A stretch of DNA of 64,000 nt, from the NCBI GenBank assembly GCA_012026655.1, contig JAAILG010000520.1, forward strand, positions 1 through 64,000, read 5' to 3'. The position numbers and the translations under genes are program-made. Position 1 is the first letter of the stretch. Every line of letters starts with the position of its first letter. This DNA is from Hydrolagus affinis (Eukaryota). Positions 1 to 12,933 of this stretch are shown one piece after another. A model generated the notes under the pieces. That model made no database searches and had not been told where the DNA came from. It saw only the letters and a program-made list of their open reading frames with translations.

Positions 1-555
1 AGTATTGTGTGCAGTTTTGGTCTCCTTATTTAAAAAAGGACATACTTGCCTTAGAGGGGGTGCAGCATAGATTCACTAGGTTAGTTCCTGGGATGAGGGG
101 ACTGACCTATGAGGATAGGTTGAATAAACTAGGGCTGTATTCTCTAGAGTACAGAAGAATTAGGGGGGATCTTATTGAAACATACAAGATTCTTAAAGGG
201 CTGGATAAAGTAGACACTGAGGGACTGTTTCCCCTGGTAGGAGAATCTATAACCAGGGGTCACAGTCTTAAAATTAAGGGTCAGCCTTTTAGAACAGAGT
301 TGAGGAAACATTTCTTCACTCAGAGGGTAGTGAATTTATGGAATTCACCACCCCAGAAGGCTGTAGATGCTCAGTCCTTGAACATTTTCAAGGCTGAGAC
401 TGATAGATTTTTGAAAAATAGAGGGATTAGGGGATATGGGGATAGGGAAGGTAATCAGAGTTAGGTGAGAAGATCAGCCATGATCTTATTGAATAGCGGA
501 GCAGGCTCAAAGGGTCGAATGGCCTACTCCTGCTCCTAATTCTTATTTTCTTATG
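1..555 (+). mobile_element. CR1-clade LINE (HER1-like) 3' end: ORF2 C-terminus plus 3' UTR, continues upstream of the window
   Basis: ORF2 tail motifs YCVQFWSPY..KDI.ALE.VQ.RFTRL and RGDLIETYKIL..TRGH..K..FFTQRVVNLWN; chondrichthyan CR1/HE1-type 3' UTR gatcagccatgatcttattgaat...gaatggcctactcctgctcct with ttcttatg tail. Confidence 0.95.
3..464 (+). CDS. CR1 LINE ORF2 (reverse transcriptase polyprotein) C-terminal fragment, uninterrupted frame
   Basis: ORF track 9..464, in frame from base 3 (TAT TGT GTG CAG = YCVQ); classical CR1 post-RT motifs. Confidence 0.9.
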   Translation, partial: YCVQFWSPYLKKDILALEGVQHRFTRLVPGMRGLTYEDRLNKLGLYSLEYRRIRGDLIETYKILKGLDKVDTEGLFPLVGESITRGHSLKIKGQPFRTELRKHFFTQRVVNLWNSPPQKAVDAQSLNIFKAETDRFLKNRGIRGYGDREGNQS

Positions 556-3515
556 AATACAGGCATTGTTGCCTGTAATTTTTTCCTCAGTCAGTGCGCC
601 ATTTGAATCAGTCAGCCCATGCAAAATAAATCAGCAAAACACCCAATAGTGTGGGTGCATCCCAGTCATTTAGGATTCATTCTTACTGAGTTGCTAAACA
701 CCCATCTCAGTAGTGTCCAGGCTTCACTCCACAGTATGCAAACGCAATAGTGATGCAGCATATCAGGAATCTTGGCAGTAAACTTATGAATAATAAAGCA
801 TAATTTATGTATTGCAGCCTAACTGATTAATTACTACTGGAGTAATACAGAACAGACTCCAAACTATAAGTTATGTCACAGCTATAGTAGAATACAATTC
901 ATGGCTTGTCAAAAACATTTTTAAAAAGTCTGGGTCTAACTTGAGTGAGCACATTCCCGAAAACAAAGTAAATATTAGAAACAGGAAAGAGTTTTATTTA
1001 TTTTCAAAGTTTCCACTTGTAATTAAAACAACGACGCAAGATTTTGGAAGGAGGAAAAGAAAAGGCAATGTTTAAATGGAACTAGCACCGCGCCTTTTCC
1101 TCCTGAGAGGAATTAGGGATTCCTCAAATCACACTCAGGCAGAAGCCAAGACTCTGGGGATTTCTGGCCAGACTCCATTCTGAAGGTTGGAGTACCTGGA
1201 GTGTTGTCTGGAGTCAAAACATAGCTAAACAAAAGCTTTTGGCATCTTTGCAGTCTACTTGATCCCTCCTGGAGCTCAAAGGGGCTGAGGTGGGGAGTTG
1301 GGGTGGGGAGGAGAAGAAGGTGTAAGAAAGCAGGAAAGAAAAACAGAGAGAGAGAAGTGGGGAAACTGACATTCTTAAATAGCTGTCAGTCATCTGAACT
1401 TCATATGTTGAAAGGAAATTTGAAAAATTAGCTCTGAACAATTCTAGGTTTAGAGCACTTTTATGGTGAAGTGCCACTGGTTGCATTTGATGTGACATTT
1501 CGGAACTGCATGTAGTAAAATCTCAGAAGTTACTTCACTAACAAGTAAAAGAGATTCAAGCACAGGATGCACAATGCATGTTGGTTGCTCTTTTTGAGCT
1601 GCTGTCTCCTTTCGTTCCATCTGCTAGTCTTAAGTCACCCAATTCCCTTTGATAACCAATTGCTGTAGCTGCTTGACTTTTTGTAGCCTTGCAATTTGTA
1701 ACATGACCTTTGCTGACCTCGAACTTGTTACCGATGTCACTTCCCAACCCACTGCCTCTGACCCCCAGATGAACAATACAAACTCTTTGTGGCCCTTTGA
1801 CTTGCAAGTTAAGCCTTTTTTCAGATCCTACACTCACTGCCTAAACATTTCTGCCCTTTGTCTGCACAACTGACCCCAGGATTATCAGACAGCTATATTA
1901 GATTATCAACCACCAATAGAATGCACAAGATGAAGGATTTCATTGTATCCTAAATGTCATTCTTGCTCTTGAACATAAAAAAGAGCTTTATTACCAGAAT
2001 ACGATCATGCAATTCAAAAACTTGGAATCACTGGGAGAAATTCCACCTTGGTTTAGTACTCTATTGATGCACTATTGTAGAGTGTCCAGAATTGACAAAT
2101 TGTTGAATTCCTTTCTTAAAGTTGAAGTCTTTTTTTTCTGCAGCGCTTACGAACTTTCAGAAAAACGGTTTCAAAATAAAGGCTGTGTTCAAGAATTGGT
2201 CAGATTTTTGTCGCTTATAATACTGCAAAAAGAGAGTAAATAGGTGGAATTTCTCCCCAGCCAGGTTTCACATACACTGAATAACGAGACAAATGTTACG
2301 AGACTATAAGTTTTCAGGTTGAAGTTGATGGGTAGGCCAGAGACACCAAAATCGTTTCCCATCTAACTCTTGAGTAAACTACCCTGCTGTGAGCCCTGTG
2401 ATTAGAAGGTGATGGGTCAGACCATTAAATTAATCCCCTGATCCCTTCACACTTGCTTTACAACATTTTTCTGCCGCTTTTTTTTACTTGTTTGGTCTCC
2501 TCATAGTCAGCACATCTGTTTATTCTCATAATCTTGCATTTCATTTTATTCAGAGGTTCTGGTTCTAATCTCTGTGCTCCCCCCTCCCCTTCCTCCCCCA
2601 AACAATCATTAGTTTTCATCTCACTTAATGCCACAGGCCACTTAATGTGATAAATTGGTCTGACAATGCCTGGGTTTCAAGCAGAAACTTCCACACTCCC
2701 TCTGTGAAAAGTCTACAGTAAAACTGGATACGGTCATTGGGTGAGCACCACAAGCATGTAGCTGATAAGAGTAAATGTGAGGAGGCTGTTATCTGGTGCG
2801 CGTGCAGCTGTTAAAACAGCCAGTGCACAAATGTTCTCAACACTCACAGCAAAGGGCGATGGGTTCTTCAAAAAGAACCCGCTTAACATAGCTGAAAATG
2901 CATTGGGTGTGCATATTTGCACAGAGAGAGAGAGAAAAAGAGAGAGTGTCGTTGGTTGTGAAATAAATACAGTATAAATCTCTGGTTCAGGTGAATCACT
3001 CTTTTAGGCTAATAAAAAACATTATCTGGCAAAGCTACCAAGCACAGCCAGGCCAAGAGACAAAGAGAAGAAAGGATATGACAGGAAGCACACTGCCGAC
3101 CATGTCTCTCCTTGGCACTTGGCCTTCAGAGCCCAGTGGATGTTGCCAAACCAGAAACAGTGGGAAAGCCCAACTACCGTTTTATGTAAGCCTCAGCTAT
3201 TATATCAAGCATAGCACCGTTTGGCCAGCCATGCTCTTACTGTAGATTGACACAATCACAAAGAATAAACAAATTGTTAAATACGGAAAAGGAAAGTAAT
3301 TTAATTAACCTTTGATGTTTATTGGCATGATTCGAGTCGTTAAATAAAATTAGCCTTTCAGCACAAGCTGGTAGCTTCTGAAGTTATTGTTTTAAACTAA
3401 CTGCTGGGGAGGGGGTGGGGGAGAACAAAGCAATCCTATAGAGGACACAACTCAACGCAAAGTTTTATAACTAGCATTAGTCTAAAAAAAACGTTTTTCT
3501 AGATATTTTAGAGAT

Positions 3516-3807
3516 TAATAATAATAATCCTTGCATTTGCTATAGTACTTTGTCACATCATCTTAATGTCTCAAAGTGCTTCACAGGATATTCTGTAAAG
3601 CTTACTCACAGTGTTTTGGATGTAACATGTTTATAATAATACTGTAATACTACTAGCATTTGACATAGGGCCTTTGACTTTGGGAAGATAACTCAAAGGG
3701 CTTCACAGGATACACTGCAAAGTGCAGTGACTGTATTTTTATAGGCAAGCACAGCATCCAATTTGCACAAAAACGGTGTCCCATGAACAGCCATTATGTG
3801 AATGATT
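3516..3807 (-). mobile_element. Two adjacent 5'-truncated SINE 3' tails ((ATT)n-tailed family)
   Basis: taataataatccttgcatttg...ctcaaag(t/g)gcttcacagga occurs twice (3516-3600, 3647-3807), matching tails of the fuller copies at 12934, 42369 and 61226. Confidence 0.8.
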
Positions 3808-4505
3808 AAGTGTTGAAGCCTTGCTCTGGACTTCTTGTGTACATGAGAGTATGGCTCCAGGGTTGCTCACGGCGCTGAAGTCGTAGCAAAGCATGTCGAG
3901 AAACAGCACTGAGCAGATTTCAGTTAACACACTCCCAGTTTAATCTTCAAGTTTTTGAGTTTGACAGCGGTGCCATGAATCTGGCTGAATGCTGCTGCAC
4001 AGACCAAATAGCTTGCAGCACAGACCTCGAAAAGCTGCAGCTGTTAACCGCAAATACTACAGATGTGTTCATGAATAAAATCCAGGTTTTCATAGGAGGC
4101 ATTTTATCTGTAACTTCTTTGAACACCAAGTGGGACTTTGTTCAATTCACGGGAGGAATGTTAATGAACCCAAACTCCGGATCAGTGTAACAAGAGCCCA
4201 TGTTTGCAACTCATTCTTTCGTCTTTTTAAATAATCCTCACATTTGATAAAGTGCCCTTTCTGATGGGATAAATTGTTTCACTGGATAATGCTATGAAGT
4301 GTAGTGACTGTGAATGTTGGGTTGGGGAGTGGTGTAACAAGTTTTCGACAATTCCTTTCAGTTTGTAAGTTGATGGAAAGTGATGGGTAAAGTGCTCACA
4401 TGGCTACTTGTTCTATCTCACTGCAGTTAATGATGCAAGGACTGATTGTGGATACAGTGTTGAGATTCCCTACCTGCTCCAAATCACCACCACAACAAAT
4501 TGCAT

Positions 4506-4803
4506 TAATAATAATAAGCCTTGCATTTGATATAGAGCCTTATCAAGTCATCGAAATATCTCAAAGCACTTTACAGAATATATTGTAAAGTGAATTGATT
4601 GTATATTATGTGGGTGAAAAATGGCAGTCAATTGCCACAGCAATGTGCCACAAACAGTCGTGGATCGGGTGAAGAAATTATTTTTATTATTTTTGAATGG
4701 AGTATTACCTGAAAAGTAATCTGCCAATGGACTAATAACCAGGTTGCTACTTACTTTACTTCTAGGTAAGGAGTAAGGAAATTTGCCTAAGGTTTTGTCC
4801 GGC
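4506..4803 (-). mobile_element. tRNA-derived (ATT)n-tailed SINE, head missing
   Basis: Aligns by eye with 42369-42728 and 61226-61567, including the middle ccaggttgctacttact and gtaaggaaatttgcctaaggttt. Confidence 0.85.
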
Positions 4804-5520
4804 TTGGTGCCCTTCATATGAGTAGTGTCTCAGAGCGCTTAAATAATCATTTTGTTTTCTGGATAAAAATACCAGATAAAATCCAAGAGATTAGGGTGGG
4901 AAGCTTCTGTTCCATGTTGCTGGCTATTTTTTTCTTTATTGTGGTTACTTGGCCTATAAACCCTGCGTTATATTTCCAATGAACTCCCATTCTGGTGGCA
5001 GCGTCTTGCACAAATGGATTATATGAACTGAAGATAGGGCAGTCCAACAGAAGGAGCCGTCTGTTTTCAATGTTCCTGTTTACAAACTTATGAGGTGATA
5101 AGAGGCAAAAGAAAATCAGTTCTCAACACTCAGCAAGTCAGTACACATTTTCCTTTTAAAAAATTCTGAATCTTGAGCTGTACAGGCTTCCTTCCACAGG
5201 TATATACATTCAAGATAATCAGGAGCAGGTTTTTTTTGTGTTGAGTCTGGTCTGTCCTCCTCTACTGAGTTGGCTGTCTAATGACTCCTAGAGTTGTAAC
5301 AATTCTCAGATTCACAGTATGTGATTGTGGCAGACAGCTACATCAATAGGTTTGTCATCCCCACAACAATGTGGGGACTTCCCACAGTATTGCTACACTG
5401 TGCAACAGCCATTGTGACAATTCCTGATAATGGCCTCAGTGCAGGTAGTTTTGGGGGCCAGCCAGGTGTCTGATACAATGCGGAAGCCCATCACCGTGCT
5501 TGAGAGCATCCAAACCAAAC

Positions 5521-5717
5521 TGGGAATTCCCACCTACGTGGAGATAGTGTGTTGAAATGGAATGTACATTCTCTCCCTGGAGCAATGCATCCTGCTTACC
5601 TAATTCCAAAACGTATTATTCATAGGTTGGCAAGAGCCAAAGCCCGGGGTCTCCAGAGTGTATGTTGGGTCACTGGAGTCTAACCAGCTAAAACCACATA
5701 GGTTGTCATTGATATCA
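5521..5717. repeat. Unclassified dispersed repeat, copy 1 (homologous to 23912-24125)
   Basis: Shared blocks tctccctggag, ttacctaattccaaaa, aggttggcaagagccaa, taaaaccacatag.ttgtcattgatatca. Confidence 0.8.
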
Positions 5718-6197
5718 TTGCCTGGGAATAATGGGAATATGAGTAGGAGCGTGAATGTTACACTGGCTAGGGTAGGCAACATGCACCTTTACTGCCTTTT
5801 CTACCTCCAACTGTGAATGGGAGGGATCACGGATCGGATTTCTAATAAACGTTTGCCACCAATCAATACAACAGCTTACGATGGGGTTAGAGGCTGAAAC
5901 CATTCCTAGATGTCACTGAGAGCAGTCTGAGCTTCCAACTCCTCCTCCTCAATCCACTCCTATAAAAGTGACAGTCGAACATCCATTGTTCAGTATTTGG
6001 AACTAGACAGTTCCAGGCATTGTGTATAATGTTACTAAAATATTCGTAAGAATTATCGGCAACAAAAAATCTATACTTTTTTTAAAATTAGGCTCTTTAT
6101 CGGACAATCCCCAAGGGCTGTACTTTTCTATTATTGTATTTTTTTTGTGGTTGAATGTTGAAACAAGCCTGCCCTGCCAAATCATGCTTTCCGTCAA

Positions 6198-6235
6198 GTG
6201 TGTGTGTGTGTGTTTGTGTGTGTGTATGTGTGTGC
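6198..6235. repeat. (TG)n microsatellite, imperfect
   Basis: Direct reading. Confidence 0.95.
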
Positions 6236-6831
6236 GCCTCATTAAAAACAATGAGTTGTTTAAACTTGGTCTTGGCTGCTGCTCCACACTGGAACCAGCC
6301 TGTCGACATTTCAAGAAAAAGGCTTGGCAGCCATTTTAGGTATGACCTACGCTGAGCACACGTGCAGATCGTCTGCCAAAAGATCAGAGAGTGCCAAAAA
6401 TCCCCTGGCACCAGGAACAAATTTTTATAAAGATAAATTTGCCAGAAATATCATAATTACAAAACACCAAGGCCAGGATGTTGAACATTACAGCTGTGTC
6501 AATATAAACATCTAATTTAGCAGACTTCCTCCACCTAGCACATAGTTAGCCAAGTCTCTGAATAGCTACAGTGCAGTCAATGAGCTTAACTAAAGGTTTG
6601 CTCTGCCCTGTTAAAAGTACAGTGTGGACACTGTGCCCTGTGCATGCTGGTGAAGTCATCCCATTACCAACACATTGCAGCCCATAACCCTTTTATTATA
6701 TGATTTATTTGAATAAAAAACACATGAACAAAATGTTTTCAGCTGCTGCTCTTTTTGTTTCTATGAATTGACTGAAGCAAAAGTTGAGGGGTTATGTGGG
6801 TGGGTGGTGGGGGTTGGGCTAGGAATTAAAA

Positions 6832-6910
6832 TGGGTGGAAGCTCATGTGGAGTATGAACATCAGTATGGGGTACTTGGGTCAAAAGGTCTGTTTTTGTGC
6901 TGTCGATTCA
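6832..6910 (+). mobile_element. Degenerate CR1 3' UTR fragment
   Basis: ctcatgtggagtatgaacatcagtatgg...ttgggtcaaaaggtctgtttttgtgctgt resembles the reverse complement of 30842-30915. Confidence 0.55.
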
Positions 6911-7897
6911 CAAGATTATTTGGATGATGAAGGTTCTTCACCCCATTTGCTCTCTTCCCTACGAATACACAACCTACCGCTATTTCCATCACAAAATCAT
7001 GTAATTCTATATCAATTTACATTGATATAGGATGTTTCCCATGGAGATTAGGTGCTGAAAGTGCTTGGCACTGCTGGCGGTGCACCCAATTTGGGGGAGG
7101 GAGTCATGGGAATATGAGGAGGGGAGATATGACTGAAAGCCTGGTCAGAGAGGTAGTTTTTGACAAATTCTGTTAGTTATTCAGTTGACATGAACACATA
7201 GGCTGTCAGCAACAGGAAGAGACTGAACACTGGACAGTGAGCTTATAGGCCCAGGAAAAGTGGGGGCCTATAACCCCCAGGTTACAGGCCCTCACCTGAC
7301 ACCGGGACCTTATTCTCTCAACCATTGACTCACATGTTGAGGATGAGGGTGGGTGTGTGTGTGTGGTGGTAAGGAATATATAATCAAACAGGAAGCCACT
7401 TGAACCTCTATGTTCTTGGGAAACAATACAGTACTCTATTAAGATGATATTCTGGGAGGCAAACTGTGTTCTAGTTTTTGTCAAAAACTCTCTTTGACAA
7501 GGCTTTCAGTCATATCTCCCCTCCTCATGCTCCCATGTCAACAAGACAGAGGCCCTCCTGATTGGCTTAGTTTTGTGGTAAAATTTAACAAGTCGGCTAA
7601 CGCATGGACTTAACTTTCTGTACGCCATTAGAACAACGGCGCATATGGTGCACGTTTTGTTTGACAAATTTAAGCATGTAAAACTGCATGAAGTGTACAA
7701 CATTCCTCAGGCTGGGACTGCAGGATCTCATTATTCCTGAGCCAGTTCTCTGCAGTTGTTGAGATTAATTGGAAAATATGTTTTCGATATTGTAGGTTCA
7801 CAATGTACCTTTTTAACCAAAGCTGTTATACTTCTATTTCACCCAGTCTGCTCACTTAAAAGGTGTGTGTAAGTGTGAGTGTATCTTGACCTCAATT

Positions 7898-7969
7898 AAC
7901 AAAAACAACAACAACAAAATTACATTTATAGAGCGCCTTTCATGTCAGGAGGACATCTCAAGGCGCTGA
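7898..7969 (-). mobile_element. L2 LINE extreme 3' end with (TTG)n tail
   Basis: Reverse complement cagcgccttgagatgtcctcctgacatgaaaggcgctctataaatgtaattttgttgttg matches the end of the L2 copy at 28790-28859. Confidence 0.9.
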
Positions 7970-8670
7970 CGTCCCAAGGGCGCAATTAACTTGCATCCCA
8001 TGAGGAAATCCCTACCGCAACAATCATGCCATGCCCAGGTTCTCACTGAACATTTTTTTTGATGCAGAGTAAATCCTGATCTATTCTCACCCCAATATTA
8101 GGATTATTTAGAATTGGCTGTGCCATCATTCATTCTGTGTAGCCACCCAAAAAATGGGGGGGGGGAAAGTAAGATTACATCTCAGAGCACTTCACCAGGA
8201 AGAAGTCAGACCCCCCCAAAATCGATGTAAATAATTAAATTGATGCCAATTGCTAAGGTTTCTATCAGTAATTCATTGTCAAAGTTTATTGTTCTCTATA
8301 ATAGTTTGATTTGGATTTGTAAAGGGGATACCAATGGTGAAGCAGCAGCCAACAGTCCTAGGCCCTACCTCTCTCAATGTCAGTGTATTTTATCTAACTT
8401 GACAGATTTAATTTCAATAACCACTCAGCACTAAAGTCATTATTAATAAATGTCTTCCTTCTCATTTCTTTACAGGGTCTAGTCTCTCATGTAAAAGCAT
8501 TGTTTTTCTGAACTACAATATAATTTCCATATTCTCCTCCAAGTGTTTGTCCCAGTTAAGTGTATAATAATTATGTGTGGGTAACTGATTGCATGTTTAA
8601 GAGAGCTCCCATGCTGCTAAGTATCCAAACCACACTGCATTAACTTTCAGATGGTCTTCAGTTCAAAACA

Positions 8671-8990
8671 CAGATTCACTAGGTTGTTACAAGTGATGAA
8701 GGGTTTCGGTTACAATGAGAGACTTGAGAAATAAGAGCTTTTTTCCAGTAGATCTGAGAAGGTTAAGGGATGACCTGATAGAGCTCTTTTGAGATGATGA
8801 AGGGTTGTGATTGAAATAATATTAGTTTCACTTTGTGGGCAATTTAGCAACAAGAGGGCATGAACGAAAGAAAATGCCAAAAGTAATTACAGGGGAGATT
8901 TGAAAAAACTTCTTGTTTGCCAGAGGATGGCTCAATGTGGAATTCTTTTGCAATTCCAGAGTCTGTGAATTATTTTAAAAGAAAATTCAA
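8671..8990 (+). mobile_element. Old, disrupted CR1 ORF2 fragment
   Basis: agattcactaggttg (RFTRL), gacctgatagag (DLIE), acaagagggcat (TRGH), tgtggaattc (WNS), with stops and frameshifts; homologous to 70-350. Confidence 0.8.
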
Positions 8991-9524
8991 ACACCTGATG
9001 GTGTTTTGTGCTATATTTGTCAAACAGTGATTCTTTAATATCTTATCACAAATAGTCTTAAGAATTTAATCAATTGTATTATTTTTCCCTTAGAATCAAC
9101 CATTTGAATAAGATTTATTTTCACATCAAAGAGCACAATACTATTTGGAATTGCTCTGTATTGTGACGTCTGTGATAACAATATTAAGATTTCTATACAG
9201 TGTTTTGATTTAGGTATTCAAATATGTATTATTCATGTATACAAAGTATTTCAATATTTAACTTAATATAAAGTTAGAATGCAATCATTCACCTCAAGCA
9301 AATCTCTCTGCTAAATACTGCATTGTACATTTTTCAAATTTCCGCTTACAGCTTACATCTCTCAAAAAACATTTGTGAAATACACAAACGAATAAATAAA
9401 TAACAAACAAAACCTTTTGGCAGAATGACTAATTGTACATCTTAAAACAACACAGCTACAATACCAGCAAACAGAAAACCTGCAGCTGTTAAATTAACTA
9501 AAAAAAGTCCACCTTTGGTGATTA

Positions 9525-9927
9525 CAGTAAAAGTTTCATTATCCGCCCCCTCAGGATCTGACTGTTGCCGGTTAATTAAATATGCGGGATATTCGAGCAG
9601 CAAGTTGCCAAAAATCCTACACAAAAAATTAACTTATTTTAAAACATACAATATTAATAATAGACTAAATAATAACAGAATATTGAATGGATACTTACCA
9701 ATAAAGCATACCAGCTCACTCGGTAAAATGATTGGTAAAATAAAAATTCCAGCGTTCATTAAGTTTAATAAATGTGCATGCACACGCATGCGCAAAGTGA
9801 GCATACCGTGAGTGTCCCGGATGGCTACGATACGAGATCCAGTTGCTCGAATGGTGAATTGTAGTGGGAGTTACTGGTTGGTTGAGTGTTCCGGTTGGTT
9901 GGGTGCCGGATAACCAAGCTTTTACTG
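9525..9927. mobile_element. Tc1/mariner (Tigger/pogo-like) non-autonomous element (MITE)
   Basis: TIRs cagtaaaagtttcattatccg and cagtaaaagcttggttatccg (18/21 identical), TA dinucleotide on both flanks (9523-24, 9928-29), CAGT termini. Confidence 0.85.
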
Positions 9928-10331
9928 TATTTTACTACAGCACACGTTGCTGAATTCTTTAGGCATTTCCTCAAATATTAAACAAAAATAATAAAAATGG
10001 CAACTTTTTTTCTCTCTCCTTTGCTATAGTTTGGCAATCCCCTGCTAACTTGCATTCACAGAATCCCAAATCTTCTTTTCAGAAGAGCCGTCAGTTCACT
10101 CCTTGTGTATGCAGCAGCCAGTTTCTTAAAGACACAAGCCCTGTGCAGTGCACACTGCAAAAAAAAACCCTAACAGATGAATTGTTAAAAGATGGTTGGA
10201 AACGAATTGTTAAATGAATCGCACGTGTAATCCCGTTGGTTAGAGCACCATACAGACACAAACATTTTCAAATGTTTATCGTTGTTATTGTTCTCAGAAT
10301 CAACTTCTGAGTTTGCTCACAAAATACACAG

Positions 10332-10530
10332 TCAGGACCCGAGCATTGGACGGAGTGTGGGATGAGGGGCAGAGTTCGGATGAGGGAGCACAGAGAGGTA
10401 GGATGGCGGGTGAAGGCACAGTCGAAAAGGAGGGTCTTGAGATCGGTCTTGAAGGAGGCAAGGGAGGGAGCAAGGTGAAGGGATTGTGAGATGGGGTCCC
10501 AAAGGGTGGGCAGAGAGGCTAAAAGCCCAG
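10332..10530 (-). mobile_element. L2 LINE ORF2 end and 3' UTR fragment
   Basis: Minus strand encodes AFSLSA.. and FKTDLKTLLFDCAF, the typical L2 ORF2 terminus. Confidence 0.8.
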
Positions 10531-12563
10531 CTGTTGATTTTAGTGCAGCTCATAAATTCATTCCAAAAATTTCAAGGTGCATGTCAACAAAGAGACTTTT
10601 AAAGCCAATTTTCAGTATAAGATCTGAACTTAAGTTATCTATTGCCGGTGCAGTGAGAATGTGTGAAGAAAAAAAACACATTGGAAACATCTTCTATACA
10701 GACTTCACATTCACAGGGTTTGGACTGGCTGCATATTCTTGAGAGGCAAGTTGGCTGGGAACACACTGACAGATGCTCATATTGTGCTGGATGCTGTCTC
10801 TGCTTCACCTTAGAGCAGCCAACAGGAGTTAATTTAAAAGTTACAGAACACCTGATAAACAAGGTAGCTATCGAACAACAGCAGTAAGGACATTGGAACT
10901 CCACTGTTGTATCAGGCAGCTCAGGAGAGCAGACCAAATGGAAAGGCTTAACCTGCAGCCTTATGCTTTAAATGAACTTGATGACCGTCAGCAAGTGTTA
11001 GAGAGGCACCAACCTGAAAGTTAGAGAGGCACCAATGTCAAAGTCGTTTGCAAAAAGCCAGGTACATTTCCCTGACTCAGAAGGCACAACAGATACAAGA
11101 TTGAAACGCGCCATTGTTCCACTTGCACATCACCACATTGTGATCAAGCATGGCGGCAGCTATTCTCTCTCCCCAAAGACACAAGGCTTGCCAAAGACGA
11201 CCCTTTTTGGGGGAAAAAGAGCGTCTTCAAATACAAATATGCCACAGGTGCTGGTAAATGCAACAGTGAAACAATTGCACAACTTGTTAACTTTCACTGC
11301 ACGAAAGTAGAGCCATCAACGATTTACTTCATGGCTGCTGTAAAATAGGATTATTTGGATTCCATCTCTATCTACCAGTGTATACGGGAGGGTGGGTGGA
11401 GGAACCCAGTCATCTGCTGTGTGAAAATCCTCGTCAGATAGCAGACGCTCTCACTCCCCAAATAAAACCCATTCAAACAGTACACAGGACACATTTTGTT
11501 ACTTTTAAGCCACACATAATTGACTCGCTGTTTTTCAGTTTCACTCATCTAGCAAAAGAAAGGAGGAAGGGCAGATTACTGTATACAAAGCAGGCTTGTC
11601 TGTACACAGTAACCCTTGTTCTACGTTCCCAGGACCAGCAATCAGACACAGTGCCTGACGCAGCCATTTATATTTCATGCTAATGAGCATTAATTATTTG
11701 CGGGCTATCCCTACACAAGTGGAAGTAAACCCAGAGATTAGATTAACACTGCATTTCATGAGATGCTTTGAACACCTTATGCCAGAAACAAAGAAGGAGT
11801 TTTCTTAAAATAAATCAATTTCTCCCAAGGGTTGAGCTCTGTATCTCAGTTGGGCCATTATTGGTAAGTGTCAAGTGAAAGTTGGTGTAAACACACTTCC
11901 AAGAATCACCAAAATCTCCTTTCATCCTTCTTCAGCGGTGTTTGGTCAATACATTACAAATCCAATAGGTGGTGGACTTAGGCTAAACAATGTGAATAGT
12001 TACAGTACTAAAGAGGAGGCAAGGTACAGTACTTGATTTTCACATTACAATAGTATTTACCTGAATAATTGAACACCCAATAAAACCCAGATATTTGTAA
12101 AAGTTAGTTCCAAACATTCTGGAAAATATGGAACTGCAAGTACAATCAATATAAACTGAAATTATTGCTCTTCTAACAGTGATTCAAATCCATTTCCTCC
12201 AAGGGGATCACAGCAGACCACTGGAGCAGTCCTTGAATCTGTGAGATGCAACAAATTTATTGACACATTCCAAATGGAAACTATGAGAAGATCCATGTTT
12301 AGGTCTGATTCCACAACTCTTTTTAGAGAAGAATAACAAAAGAATTAACAGCACACTTTTTCACAAGGTGCCAGAACGCAATCAGATCCCAGCCAGGAGT
12401 TCATCTGAGACACTTGGGAGAAACAGTTGGTGTGACATGCAAACACAGATTTCAGAAAATTAAAAGCTGACACATATTCATTCTGCGATTAAATTTTGTA
12501 ATTTTACTTTTGAACCACAGAATTTAAACACGATAATTCAATATTGTTCTGTGTGCATAATAG

Positions 12564-12765
12564 CATAGAAACATAGAAGGAGGCCATTTGAAGGCCATTG
12601 TGTCCGTGCAGGCTCCTTTAAAGAGCAATCAGTCACATTTACCTGCCTTTTTCCCATATCCCTGCAGTTTACACCTTTTTAGATATTTGTTATTTTTTGC
12701 TACTTTTTAATGTAATGTGTAGACCCTTGTTAAATATCATAGTGGATGCTTCAACAGTCACTAAC
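12564..12765 (-). mobile_element. CR1 3' end fragment
   Basis: catagaaacatagaaggaggccatt...ttcccatatccctgca is the reverse complement of a CR1 3' UTR and tail. Confidence 0.7.
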
Positions 12766-12933
12766 CAGCAACCAAGGATAAGTGAAGTGCATGCTGCGTA
12801 TCATACAAGGGCTTTATGAAATTCCCATTAGGATAAAGTTTGCAATGTTTCATGTAGTCATAACTATCACAAGAAACGCCTATTAAAACGCCATAAATTT
12901 CATTGCGTAATTGGCCCCACATAAGCTCACACG

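Noticed and set aside
10997-11035. 16-bp direct repeat gttagagaggcaccaa with a 7-bp spacer
   Set aside because: Consistent with a simple local slippage duplication; no associated element
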